The notes under the pieces: model-generated
What the model saw: the letters and a program-made list of their open reading frames with translations, nothing else
Told to the model about the DNA's origin: nothing
The model's database searches: none
From: Mytilus californianus
Taxonomy: Eukaryota
Reading direction: 5' to 3'
DNA: 64,000 nt
Assembly (NCBI RefSeq): GCF_021869535.1
Contig: NW_026262745.1
Span: 8,618,001 to 8,682,000, forward strand
Part shown: piece by piece, positions 25,241-38,129 of the stretch
How positions within the stretch are numbered: position 1 is the first letter of the stretch
How the letters are laid out: every line of letters begins with the position of its first letter
Position numbers and translations under genes: made by a program

Positions 25241-27329
25241 TTCTGCCTCATTTTTCTTTAGTTTTAGGACCATTATTCACGATTCTGTAAACCAGACCTT
25301 ATAGCGCTTGTTGTTCTAGTGAAATTGAGGGCTCTTCCAACATAGTCCTGTGCCAAGCTTAATTGACGCTTTAAATACAGAATTGTTCAACTTTTCTTTT
25401 CTTAATTGACATGTTTACTCTTTTTAAATTGATATGAAAATTAAGTTTCTATTGTTCTGAAAATGATTGTATGGAGTCTTTATCTTTTCCTTTTTCATAT
25501 TTTTTGCTTTATATTTCAGTGATAAAAAGATAATTTCCTTGTTCAGTAAAAGTACATTTATTATCCATAAATATACAAGAATCATTGACTCTTTTGTCCA
25601 AATTGGTCAGTAAGCCTTTGTTATGAGAATATCAATACCAATAATAATCATATCAGTTTTATCCTATTATATATAACTTTTATCTTTTATAACTTTGATA
25701 TATTGTTATAAGAGAGATAAGATTATACTAATTGTATCCTCATAATACAAATTATTCACAAGAATACTAGATTCCCTATTCACAAGGACTTTGTCTAAAA
25801 ATAATGGCAAATACCAGAAATTATCAAAGTAAGTACAATACTCATTGTGGTTAAAAAAAGATTGTTTTGCCCCAAGAAAAATATAAACTTAGACGTTTTT
25901 TTAATGAACTAATTTTTTCTCAGTTACTTGAACTGATTTGAAGGAAAAATTGTTGATTTGAGAGGATGGTTCTAGAGTATTTCTCCTCCCCACTCTGTAC
26001 CCCTACACATACACATAAAGGATTATTTTTTATGTGTAATTTTTTTAAGGTCAACAAAAATATTGCTGGACAAAAAATCTCAGAATAGGGTCCACCCAAA
26101 CATAAATTCTGATAAATCCTCCATTTGATGCCAAAGATTGAGTGATAAATGTATTTGTCCCCTACTCTAATAGAGTGAGAGAATAAGAAATGTTTAAGGG
26201 AAGTACAATTTTAAGAAAGACATTTTTTGAAAAAGAGAATTGTTTGATAGGCATATATTACATATGTATGAACAGCACTTGATTTTGAAATAAGTTTATC
26301 TTCTTTTTTTAATCTTGTATTCAATTAGAAAATTAAAATGCTGTTACAGTACATGCAAATAAATGAACAGTTTGGAAAAAAATTTCTGCTTAGAAAAGGA
26401 TAACAAAACATGTGGGAAAGTTGTAAATTGTATCTGTTGCATACTAAATGGTACTAAATGTTCATTTCCGTACAATTATTGCTTATTTTACTTGTTGGGC
26501 AAACATTTTCAGTGTGTGTTTCTAGTTCCTTTAATTCTGTTTAATGATGAGTATCAGTGTTTTCCCTGATATTGAATCCTAATCTCTGTAAGAATCAACA
26601 GTTCATGTTGCTTCAACGATTTGCAATTTCCACGATGTTGTCGTAACATTTAATATATTATGTGATTAAAACCCTCTCTATGCAATAAACCAAGATCTAG
26701 AAGGATTAATTTGACTTCAGTTGTGCAACATCTCATTCAAATGGCAGCGTCCTGAATAAGGACTTTTTTCAATAAAATTTTTTAAGAGTGTTCCCTCAGG
26801 GGTGTGAGTCAGAACTGTGATTTAATGTCCCTATCACAGTTATATTATTGATGCAATATCCTGTGTTAAAACTATTTCAAGCCTCATTTATTGGGATTCA
26901 TGTGTGAGAGAGTTAAAGATATTGCCAAAAGTTTTTTCTTATCTCATTACCACATCTTAAGATTCATATTGCTTCCTCTTTTGATAGAATCGTAAATGCT
27001 TTTGTTCGGTTTTTAATAACAATTTGATCGTCCTTATTGGATGAACATGTTGTTGTATTACTTGGTAAGATGCTTAAAGGCATTTAATAATTCCTGTTAA
27101 GTAGTCGAGCTGGTTTTATGAAATCCTGTTAAGGTATTCTTACTACAAAGGAAGCCAACAGATTTTAGGAGAGTCTCAGCCATTTCAATTCTTTAAAAAG
27201 AAGCCATAAAGATACTATTTATAAGAGACTGATAGCGGCAAGCGATTTAAGACTGAAAGATTAACCAACATTTCTCTTATAATTAGGTCAAATATTGGTT
27301 AAGAATCTTCATATACTATAAATGCATCA

Positions 27330-28069
27330 TTTTTATGCCCCTGCCATAGCGGAGGGGTGGATTAAGTTTTACCCATGTTCGTCCGTCTGTTCGTCCATCC
27401 ATACATACGTCCCAAAATTGGTTTCTGTTCTCTAACTTCAGTTTGCCCCAACCAAATGTTATGAAACTTAAACACAATGCTTATTACCTCAGAATACAGA
27501 TCAAGTTTGAAGTTTGGTGGGGTCACTTTTACCGTTCTAGAGTTATGCCCTTTACAAATTTTTCCGTTTTCATTTTATAATAACTTAAGTTTGCCTCTAC
27601 CAAATGTTATGAATCTTATGCATATTACCACTAAACACAGATCAAGTTTCAATTTTGGTGGCGTCACTTTTACCGTTCTAGAGTTATGCCCCTTTACAAA
27701 TGGAAAAATTGCTGAATTTTTCGTTTCCGTTCTTTAACTTTAGTTTGCCTCAACCAAATGTTATGAAACTTATGCACAATGCTTATTACCACAAAACACA
27801 GATCAAATTTGAATTTTGGTGACGTCACTTTTACAGTTCTAGAGTTATGCCCCTTCACAAATGGAAAAATTGCTGTTTTTTTCTTTTCTGTTCTCTAACT
27901 TAAGTTTGCATTAACCAAATGTTATGAAACTTATACACAATGCTAATTACCACAAAACTCAGATCAAGTACAAATTTGGGTAGTGTCACTTTTACCGTTC
28001 TTATGTCCCTTTATAACATTATATGCAAGTGGGGGCATCATCTGTGACTCATGGACACATTCCCCATTT
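27330..28069 (+). mobile_element. HINE-like element, family E, complete
   Basis: 5' atgcccc subTIR, (gtcc)n tract, about 4 repeats of 148-161 bp, 3' gggggcat subTIR followed by hairpin tgtgactcatggacaca and ttt. Confidence 0.85.
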
Positions 28070-28429
28070 ATTTTTCCATTGGATGAAGTTTTTAAAATAA
28101 TATAATGTGAACTATTATTAATTTTTCAGAAGACATCAAAGCATGAAATGTTGAATTTATTCTAGTAAAAATTTAAGTATAAATTCAAAAAGGTTTGTCA
28201 AGTACAGTGTTTTGTTTAACTTTGTCCAATAACTTTCTTCTCATTCTTCAGAAATTTTTATACAAATATATATTTTTTATTTCAAACTTTTACTTTTGGA
28301 CCATCAGCATTCAGTGTCAGATAAAACACAACTGCTGATAGTTTCTATTGGTATGATAGATTAACACACGAACACAATACTATATCAATTTTAACTTCCC
28401 CTCTGTTGATATACTTCTTATTGTGTTGC

Positions 28430-28800
28430 AGCCTCAAAGAGAGGCGGAAGGTAACAAAAAGAAAAATAACAAAAATACCCAACTCCAAGGAAAATTCAAA
28501 ACGGAAAGTCCTTTATCAAATAGCAAAATCAAAAGCTCAAACACATCAAACGAATGGAAAACAATTGTCATATTTCTGAATTGGTACAGGCATTTTCTTA
28601 TGTTGACAACAATGTGTGAGTAAAACAAACAGACATAATAGGTAAAAATGTCAAAAAATTGTGTACAGCACTCAATATTATGTTATAATCTTAATCACTA
28701 TAAAAACAAATAACTATTTCAATAAAGAAAAACAAAATGGCGGGATGTATAGATACTGAGCCACGCCAAAAGTATATTACCAAAAATGAATTAAACAGAA
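28430..28800 (+). repeat. mussel-type interspersed repeat (aaaattcaaaacggaaagtcc family)
   Basis: Recognised from recalled Mytilus repeat motifs; single copy in this window. Confidence 0.5.
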
Positions 28801-28947
28801 GGAATAGTCAACTTATGGCAGTTTTTTAGTATAAAAGTTATTTACAGAACAATGAATAGGATATTACAAACTTATAGATAATCCAGCACTATGGAAGATG
28901 TATTCATCACCTATGATTTTATGCTACATATTTCGTATAAAAACACA

Positions 28948-29206
28948 GAGAGCCTCAGTGGCCGAGTGGTCTAAATAGTTGAACTACTGTATCACTAGCT
29001 TGTCAACACTGAGGTTGTGAGTTCAAATCAAGCATGGGGCAGACATGCGCATGACTCTAATCTTAATTGACTTGAGGATTGTCAATTGTCCTATCAAAGG
29101 TTATGGTTCTGTCTGTGCACTCCAGCTTCCTCCATGAATAAAAACTGACTGCCACAAAATAGTACAATAGTGCTGAAAGTGGCGTTAAACACCAATCAAT
29201 CAATCA
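28948..29206 (+). mobile_element. tRNA-derived SINE, full length with TSD
   Basis: A-box tggccgagtgg, B-box gagttcaaatc, (caat)n tail, perfect 12-bp TSD tataaaaacaca at 28936-28947 and 29207-29218. Confidence 0.9.
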
Positions 29207-30537
29207 TATAAAAACACATTTTTTTCGAAAAAATATTTTGAATGCATTTATGGTTTTGAATTCATCAAATCATGCGTTGAAAAACGTGGAATTGTTTTAT
29301 TTTGTCATGATTTTGTCTTCTGATGTTTTTGTTTTCTCCTGATATGAACATGTATTATGATTGTTGAAATTAATTTGGTGAACATATACATGTATTATGA
29401 TTATTGAAATTAATTTGGTTAATATATATAGCAAATATCTGGAAAATATAGTCAGAAAACGAGACGACTTCGCAATAAGAATATAAACAAATAAACCTGT
29501 GACAATTTATAATGCTTCTATTGGTACCAAGTTTTGAAAAAAAAGAAGGTTTTATATGATATTATTGCAAAAAATTGTATGTGACAAATACTTTTTGCAT
29601 ATAATGCTGTACATCCTCATGTTATATGCAATCCATATATATTAAGCGTTGATGTACTTTACTACTGGAGTCTGGATCAAACTTTGTACTTTAAAGTAAC
29701 TGCACAATTTTGACTAATTGGTTGCATCAGAAAATATGAAGTTAACTCAAATAAGATTTTTGAGATACTGATATTTGATTTATAGGTCTATAAATGGAAA
29801 AGTCATGTTATATTTTTTCTAAACTGATATCTGTTAGATTTGACAAGTTTTATGTGACCTGTAGTCTGCTTCCTATGCAATGTTTGATTGACTTTCAAAC
29901 AATCTCAAAATTTGGATATATTTGATTAATTGAATTATGTTTATTAAAGATTCGTCAGTCAATTGTAGACATTTGTGCAATAAAAAATGTTATTTCTGGA
30001 AATAGAGCTTAGTAAATGAGTTAATTATTGTGACTTTTGTAAACTGAGATGTCCAAAGAGAAGATCAGAAATGTATTGATAGCTTTTAAGGCAATTTTTC
30101 TTGCTTAATATTTCTTATTTTTCAAAAGATTAATGCATAAAACTTCCTACATAAAAGATAGAGAAATAATAAGTCAGCACAATAGTACATATTGCCATAA
30201 GATTAAGGTATTTTCAGAGGAAATCAACATCTGTGGTTTCATTTTAATGATCAACAAATCCACTTTGTACATCAGTTCAGAAAGGGGAAAATCTATCTTT
30301 GCATTATCAGCTACTTTCAAATTTTAAAAATTTAATTTACTTTAAGGGGATGCTGATTTTATTTAACTATTTAAAATCAGAATTTTAAAGGCATTGGATA
30401 TTTTTTTGTAATAGATTTGACATAATATTACTGTTTCCTACAACAACCCGCCCAAAGAGCAGATAACAGCCGTAGGGCACCAATGGGTCTTCAACACAGC
30501 GAGAAAATCCCGCACCCGGAGGTGGTCCTCAGCTGGT

Positions 30538-31065
30538 TTTTTGTTGACTTGACCTCGACCTCATTTCATGGATCAGTGAACAAGGTTAAGTTTTCATGGT
30601 CAAGTCTTTATCTCAGATACTATAATCATTATCAAGGTCTACTATATTTGGTGTATGGAATGATCGTAAGGTGTACATTTCCAACTGGCAGTTGTCATCT
30701 CACCTTGACCTCATTTTCATGGTTCATTGGTCAATGATAAGTTTTCGTGGTTAAGTTTGTTTCTTGGATACTGTATTTGATACGTCAACTATATTTGATC
30801 CATGGAATGATTGTAAAGTGTACATGTCTGTCTGGCAGGGTTCATCTGACCTTGACCTCATATTCATGGTTCATTGGTCAATATAAAGTTTTCAGGGTTT
30901 GGTCAGTTTCTTGTATACTATAAGCAATAGGTCACTTATATTCAATGTATGGAATGATTGTAAGGTGTACATGTATTTCTTGCTTGGTTTATCTGACCTT
31001 GACCTCATTTTCTTGGATATTGATAAGTTAATATGATACTTAAAACTTTATATTTAGGGCTATCA
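30538..31065 (+). mobile_element. HINE family B internal fragment
   Basis: Same ttgaccttgacctcattttcatgg repeat as 6608-9794. The 5' end is replaced by a mussel-type repeat fragment (30441-30537). Confidence 0.8.
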
Positions 31066-32409
31066 TGCTCTATCCTCATTTTAACATGAGTAGGCTTTAT
31101 ATTTGTCGATATTTTACACTGAGCATTAGTGAGGTGAAAATATGGTCAAATATAATGCCTTCCCATGTTAAAATGAACAAAGAGCATGACATTATAGGTC
31201 GAAGCGTACAAAAATACTTTACAAATGTTTGGCTGTTCACGTTTCCTCCCCATAAAATATGTACATTATATTTTCATATTTGATAAGTTTAAAAACTAAT
31301 TGGAGGCTAAATATATGTTGTTTGAATTAAAATATATAATACATTTTATGCAAGCAGCTAAAATGTATATATTTTATTAGGATACAAATGAAAATCATAA
31401 GAATGTAAACAGTAAGTTTGTGTGCATGTGTCAAATATATTTTGTGCTAGCGAAATAAAGAGGTCATTTTAGAATCTTATATAGAGATGACAGTTAGGAA
31501 TTTATTACTAAAGAGTTGGGAGGTCATGAATATATTTATTAATGATAGAAATGTGCTGGTTTTCCAATAAGGTTAAGCTTGATTTTATGCCAATGTCAGG
31601 TTTCTATTAGTGTGGGAAATTGTCCTCAATAAAACTCAACAATGGGAATCAGTAAAAACAAAAAGCAGATAGAAATGTTATATGGTGGTGGTGATTTGTG
31701 TGCCAACAAGAAAGCAACATTATTGTCCATCAGTACAGTTTATGGACGGGAATGTGCATTTGGAGAAATGTGATGTTATTTGATGGGAATCATCGTGTTT
31801 TGTATAGATGAGGGATTGAATTGCTGATTTACTCTAAGGCTCTCAAAAGATTCCTCTAAATCTAAATGTAGTGTCCTTTTGAACTGGTTTTCTTTTACTG
31901 GAATTTAAGCAACAATCCACTTAATGCATTCATACAATAAAACAGAAGGATATCATTATACTTATGCAGAAATATTCATTTTGCTTTTGGTTAAAACAGT
32001 CATTCAAAATGACCCACTGTCAAACAGTTGCAAAAGTCAAATAGAAATTGTTTGGTCCAGTCAATATCTGAAGTCCTTTATGAATATTAATGTTGATTTC
32101 AATACTAATGAAAAATTTTTTAGGCATGGTAAAAAAAAAATTGTTGATTTACACATTTTTTCCTGCTTTAAATTAAGGTTAGGACTCAAATTTTATTTAA
32201 ATTTTTTCTAGCATTTAGAATTTTTGGAAGGAATGGCAAAACAAAATGCTGAGTAAAGGAGTTTCAATAAAATTGGAAAATTCATATAAGGATTATTTAA
32301 TAAGCCATTTAATTAATTTAATTGTTAATTTCAGATTTTATTAAAATTGACCAAGACAAATGTAGAAAGAAAAAAAGATTTGATAGATATATATATATGT
32401 ATATAAGCA

Positions 32410-33700
32410 AGTCTTAATTATAAACAACGTTCTAACCTATGATTGCGTTGGATAAAAACCGCAATTTTTATACGTGTGCATGTAAAACAAATTTCTTGGT
32501 AGAGGGGTCTAAATACAGCACAAACAACATTTTCCAAAAGACTAAAAGAGTGAAAAAGTATATTTTTGACAGATGTTCTTAAACCCTGCTGACTGACATT
32601 GGCGATTGCCAAAGAAATTGATCACCAGATTTAACAAAATGGATCTTAATATTAATTTAATACCAAACAGAAAACAATTAACTTGCGGAAATATGGTATT
32701 CCACAAACTTGAGGTGCAAAAATTTGTACACCATATCCGGATTTCGACAATTAATGTCTCTTCAATGATGTTAGGGATCGAAACGGTATTTGGAAGGCCA
32801 TATAATATATCTCAATTTAGATCATAGACTCTTGAATTTTAAAGAGTCGAAATAGGATGAACAGATCATATAAATCAGCATTTATTTAATTACCAAATTC
32901 CATGAGTTTTTATTTTATGCAATTGCATCGATGTAAATTGAAAAGTTGTTCTTGAATATTAATAATTTGCTTTACATCAAAATGATAAAAATTGACAGTG
33001 ATACATAATAATTTTGATAATTTTTTAAGGATTTATGGATATGAGATTTTATCTTAATTAAAGATATTACAAATTTTATGCGGGAAAACCAATGTAATGA
33101 AACCTTTCGCCTGACTTGCCGCGGTATGTATTGTGTAATATGCCAGAACTGTTCGTGATTTGTATCAATTTACTACAAAGAATCATAAGAATAAAGATTT
33201 GAAATGCTATAATTCTGAAACTTGTCATTAAGTAATTTCAAATAGTTCCTAACAAACATTATTTATTATATAACTAGCAATTTAGCCAAAATTCAATTTT
33301 ATGTGCCATTATATATGAATATATTTTTACTAAAATTACAGGCTCCCTGGATGTAATAAAAGCTATCTCTCCAAACATTAGTGCTTGGAATAATGTATTT
33401 GGTAAATAATGAGTTGTTGTATAATAGTTGTTATTTTGTTTATTATGGGATGGGCCACTGATTTAAGACTCAGATATATACCTTTTGGTATTTTTTTCTT
33501 AACAGGGAATACTGCTTTTAAGATGTAAGGGATTATTAAATTCATTTTGATAGTAAAATTGGTGTAAAACAAATAATTACTTTTATTCAAACAAAATTTG
33601 ACATTTGCCATGACAGTAACTCCTTGTATTCAGTTGGATGAACTTACAAGTAATGTGGTATTAAAAAAGGGCTAAGTTGAAGAAAGCAATAAAAGGGCTT
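32410..33700 (-). mobile_element. decayed L1/Tx1-like LINE, 3' part of ORF2
   Basis: Minus strand: KFCLNKSN..VKKKIPKGIYLSLK..IINKI (late RT domains), then NIIEETLI..FLFG..LLNLVINF (C-terminal region), in colinear order with stops. Confidence 0.5.
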
Positions 33701-33715
33701 CTTCTTTCCTTTGGG

Positions 33716-34927
33716 TTTTTGTTTCGCCTGCGACGAAAGTCGCAGTATGCGAGACATAGGTATTACTATCCGGCGGCAGCGGCGTAAACTATTTGTATAA
33801 AGGTTTATATTTCAGAAGGTAGAAGACCTGGATGCTTAATACCTTGTATGCAGATACCTTATGTTATGAGGTTTCCGTCTGTCATATGCCCATTGTTCTT
33901 GACCTCATTTTCATGGTGCAGTGACTACTTGAAAAAAAATTACAGTTTTTTTGTCATGTGAATTTCTCACTTATTATGAGTAATAGGATAATATATTTGG
34001 TATACGGGTTCCTTGCAATGTCTACATGTCCGTCAGACAGGGATTAACCTGACCTCAACCTCATGGATCAGTGATCAAGGTTAAAGTTACGTGATGAGGT
34101 CCGTTTCTCAGATACTACAAGCAGCAGATCAACTATATGTGTTGTATGGAATGATTGTAAGGGGTACATGTCAGACTGGCAGGTTTCATCTGACCTTGAC
34201 TCCATTTTCATGGTTCATTGGTCATTGTTAATGTTTTGTGTTTTGGTCTGTTTTTCAAGTACTGTAAGCAATAGGTCAACTATATTTGGTGTATGGATGA
34301 TTTTAAGGTGTACATGTCTATCTAGCTGGGGTCATCTGACCTTGACCTCATTTTAATGGTTCATTGGTCAATGTTAAGTTTTTGTGCTTTGATCTGTTTT
34401 TCAAGTACTATAAGCAATAGGTCAACTATATTTGGTGTATAGAATGATTGTAAGGTGTACATGTCTGTCTTGTGGGTGTCATCTGACCTTGACCTCATTT
34501 TCATGGTTCATTGGTCAATGTTAAGTTTTTGTGTTTTTGTCTGTTTTTCAAATGCTATAATAGCAATAGGTCAACTATAATTGGTGTATGGAATGATCAA
34601 TTTTGTAAGGTGTACATGTCTGTCTAGCCAGTATCATCTGACCTTAACCTCATTTTCATGGTTCACTGGTCAACATTAAGTTTTTGTGTTTTGGTCTGTT
34701 TTTCAATTACCATAAGCAATGGGTCAACTATATTTGGTGTATGGAATAATTGTAAGATGTACATGTCTGTGTGACAGTTTTTATCTTACCTTGACCTCAT
34801 TGTTATGGATCTTTAAAAATGTTAAGTTTATGTGACACTTGTAGTAAAACCTTTATCTTTAAGACTTTCAACATAAAATCAATGGTCAGTAAAACAGGCG
34901 AGACATTTCAGCATGTGCACTCCTGTT
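33716..34927 (+). mobile_element. HINE family B, complete
   Basis: 5' gtttcgcctgcgacgaaagtcgcag..gcgagaca hairpin, (ggc)n tract, about 147-bp repeats, 3' aggcgagacatttcagcatgtgcactcctgtt. Confidence 0.88.
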
Positions 34928-35712
34928 ATAGTTTGTGTAAACACTTGGTGCAATGAAAAAATACTGTGTCTGAATTTGTTCAGAGACCTTTCTTATGAAG
35001 TACCTTTCACAAAAAGAGGCATTACAAAATCCATTTTTTACTTGAAGACTGATGCAAATATTAACAAAAAGTAAAGTTGAAATAATGTTTCAAAAAGATT
35101 AAAAGCTGGACTTTATTTATCTTCTGTATCTCAGGTTTTATATTTCCTTCTTAAGTATTAGAAATCTAATGATGAATTGAATTTTACTGTAATTAACTTC
35201 ACAAGAAAAAAAATCTATGACACAGCAATTTCCAAACACTGATTTGTTACATCTTTAAAAATGGAGAAACAATATAATTGTAGTTAGACATTAACCATAT
35301 ACTGTAAATTACCAATTCCATGACAGAAACAAGCCGGGATCATAGTAAATGTTGTGAGACAAATGAAGTATGTCTAGTTAGCTTCTGTAATTAGATTTCA
35401 TATAGTAACATTCTATAGCTACAAATAATTGAATTTGTCAAAATCTTATGACATGAAGCAGTGTTATTGACCATTAGAAATCCTTGCGGAGGTGAAGAAC
35501 GCTGAGGTTTTTTAGTCTAGTCTTTGTTATTTGTTTACTTGATTGTATTTGATGTCAGTATCATACCTTTAGTATAATACTAGAAATCATGGTCTAAATT
35601 TTTTCACTGTATAGATCAACAGCTGTTTCAGAGTTGTTTCTTTAGTTCTAGGGATGTTATTGAGTGGAAAAATAATACATTAACTTAATATATTCTGTAA
35701 AATGTTTCACAG

Positions 35713-35770
35713 AACAATGATGAACCTTATCCAACCAAAAGATGTAAAACACAAGGGAAAAGTATTTTTG
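35713..35770 (+). CDS. candidate coding exon (TMMNLIQPKDVKHKGKVFL in phase 2 to 0; NNDEPYPTKRCKTQGKSIF also open)
   Basis: tgtttcacag acceptor and ttg|gtaaga donor. The phase-2 start fits the 19026-19055 micro-exon. Confidence 0.5.
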
Positions 35771-35854
35771 GTAAGAACTGCTATATGAATTTTTTGTAAA
35801 TGTCTTTGAACTGAAAGGGTGTCTTATGTATTAAAATATGGTCATCTTGGTATT

Positions 35855-36208
35855 CTTTGGGCTAGCAGGGAAACCCTTGCCAAAGTGGGATATCCATTTT
35901 GCTGTGTTGGATATATAATTCCCAGCAATGTCCTGTCAGAATGGGGATGTGAAATCCAATGCCTTGTGTAGAGAGAGGGCCATGCTCAGTGCATGTTAAG
36001 AACCCTTGCAACAACTTGTTGAGGTATCCTGTTTCATGGTTAAATTTCTGTCCTTTTTCAATAAACCTGCATTTTTAGTGGCATCCAAATGTCCTGCTCC
36101 TCATCTAGGTGGACCCCTACCTATTGTATTTATTGTTGATTTGTTCTCGTCCTAAACATGCAAGAACTATTTGCCACTGGACGTAAAGCAAACACCAATC
36201 AATCAATC
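35855..36208 (+). mobile_element. SINE, Deu/Nin-domain-like, best-preserved copy
   Basis: gcatgttaagaacccttgcaacaac..aaatttctgtcc resembles the Deu domain; 3' ttgccactggacgtaaagc plus a (caat)n tail. Confidence 0.65.
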
Positions 36209-36759
36209 TTTCATCATTGAGTAATCAAAGTACATGCAGATGTTGACAGCTGATAAAATAGAACTTCATCCTGAAGATAAAAGCATTTTATAACATGACA
36301 TAGTACATCAGAGAGTGCTATCATTGATAAGAGTGATGATATTAATGTTAAAGTGTTTGTACAGCTCAAAAGTCAAAGATATGAACTGTAAAGTGTATTT
36401 TTCTTAGAGTATAAATTCACAAATCCTGGTCAGGAGGTTTATTTACAGATTTTTTTTCTGATCTCTGATTCAGTCTAAATAAATCTTCTTGAAAGATCAA
36501 GTTCAATATAGATTATATTTTCAGGATTTTATCATAATTGTGAAAATATGGCCATTGAAACCCATCAAGAAAAATTCTACAGTATGTATGACTCAAGTTG
36601 AGTTAGTGACATTGATCTGTTTTCTAGTTAAGTCAGTGTGAAGTGTGTTCTTGTTGAGTCTGAAAGTATGCTCCAAATTTAACCAGCGACTTATGTACTC
36701 TTGAAGTTTAGTTAATGATAGATATAGGTACTGCATAAGCTTAGGAAATACTTAATATT

Positions 36760-36935
36760 GATATAAGAAGATGTGGTATGAGTGCCAATGAGACAACTCT
36801 CCATCCAAGTCAAAATCTATAAAAGTAAACCATTATAGGTCAAAGTACGGTCTTCAACACGGAGCCTTGGCCCACACCGAAGAGCAAGCTATAAAGAGCC
36901 CCAAAAATTATTAGTGTAAAACCATTCAAACAGGA
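36760..36935 (+). repeat. truncated mussel-type interspersed repeat
   Basis: gatataagaagatgtggtatgagtgccaatgagacaactctccatccaag start. Confidence 0.85.
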
Positions 36936-36940
36936 ACATA

Positions 36941-37450
36941 TTGGTACAGATCAAGTAGTCTATGACATGTAGGTACTGATCAAGTAGTTTATATGACATA
37001 TAGGTACTGATCAAGTATAATATATGACATATATGCACTGATCAAGTAGTGTATATCATTATATGACATGAAGGTACGTATACTGATCATGTAGAGTCAA
37101 TAACATGTAGGTACTGATCAAGTAGTGTATATGACATATAGGTACTAATAATGTAGAGTCTGACATGTAGGTACTGATCAAATAGAGGCTGACATGTAGG
37201 TACTGATCAAGTAGAGTCAATAACATATAGATACTGATCAAGTAGAGTCAATGATATATAGGTACTTGGGTTTTGATCAAGTAGAGTCAGTGACATGTAG
37301 GTACTGATCAAGTAGAGTCAATAACATATAGATACTGATCAAGTAGAGTCAATGATATATAGGTACTTGGGTACTGATCAAGTAGAGTCAGTGACATGTA
37401 GGTACTGATCAAGTAGAGTAAATGATATATATGTTCTACATCGAGTACAG
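36941..37450. repeat. about 31-bp minisatellite, about 16 variable copies
   Basis: Unit close to gtactgatcaagtagagtca(a/g)tgacatgtag. Confidence 0.9.
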
Positions 37451-37615
37451 TCTATGATATATGCTCAAGTATAGTTGATAGTTTATATAGATAATGCTCA
37501 AGTTGAGTCAGTAATATGAATGTACTACTTTAGTAAAATGAGCAATTTGTATTAAGTATTAGAATTTAAGAAATGATAATTATTATATATAAAATTGATA
37601 GATAATGATGGTATA

Positions 37616-38110
37616 TATAAATAAGAAGGTGTGATATAAGTGCCAATGAGACAACTCTCCATCCAAGTCACAATTTATAAAAAAGTTAACAATTATAGGT
37701 CAAAGTACGGCCTTCAATACATAGCCTTGGCTCACACCGGACAGCAAGCTATAAAGGGCCCCAAAATGACTAGTGTAAAACAATTCAAACAGGAAAACCA
37801 ATGGTCTAATCTATATAAAAAAAGAGAAATGAGGAACACCTATGAACCACACCAACAAACAACAACCACTGAACAACAGGCTCCTAACTTAGGACAGGTG
37901 CATTAAAATGTAGCGGTTTTAAACGTTTTAACAGGCGTCAACCTTCACCCTAACCTAAGACATTAGTGTAACATTACAACATAAAAAGACACACTATAAA
38001 ATATCAATTGAAATGGCTTCACTCGATCAAAAAGACATTTAAACAAAAACAAGTAAACATACACTGAAGGAATAAGTTTGATCTATGACACAATATAAAT
38101 ACAATATTAA
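37616..38110 (+). repeat. long copy of the mussel-type interspersed repeat
   Basis: Colinear with 10587-11075. Confidence 0.85.
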
Positions 38111-38129
38111 AACTGTACTGCTCAAGATG

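Noticed and set aside
33506-33524. 19-nt micro-exon candidate with strong splice signals
   Set aside because: It lies antisense within the decayed L1/Tx1 RT remnant, so the signals are probably coincidental, though exonisation is not excluded.
36525-36581. 57-nt exon candidate (ttttcag..gtatgt)
   Set aside because: The surrounding frame (PIKKNSTVC..LVTLICFLVKSV) resembles a decayed LINE RT segment spanning about 36230-36750, so it is not counted as an exon.
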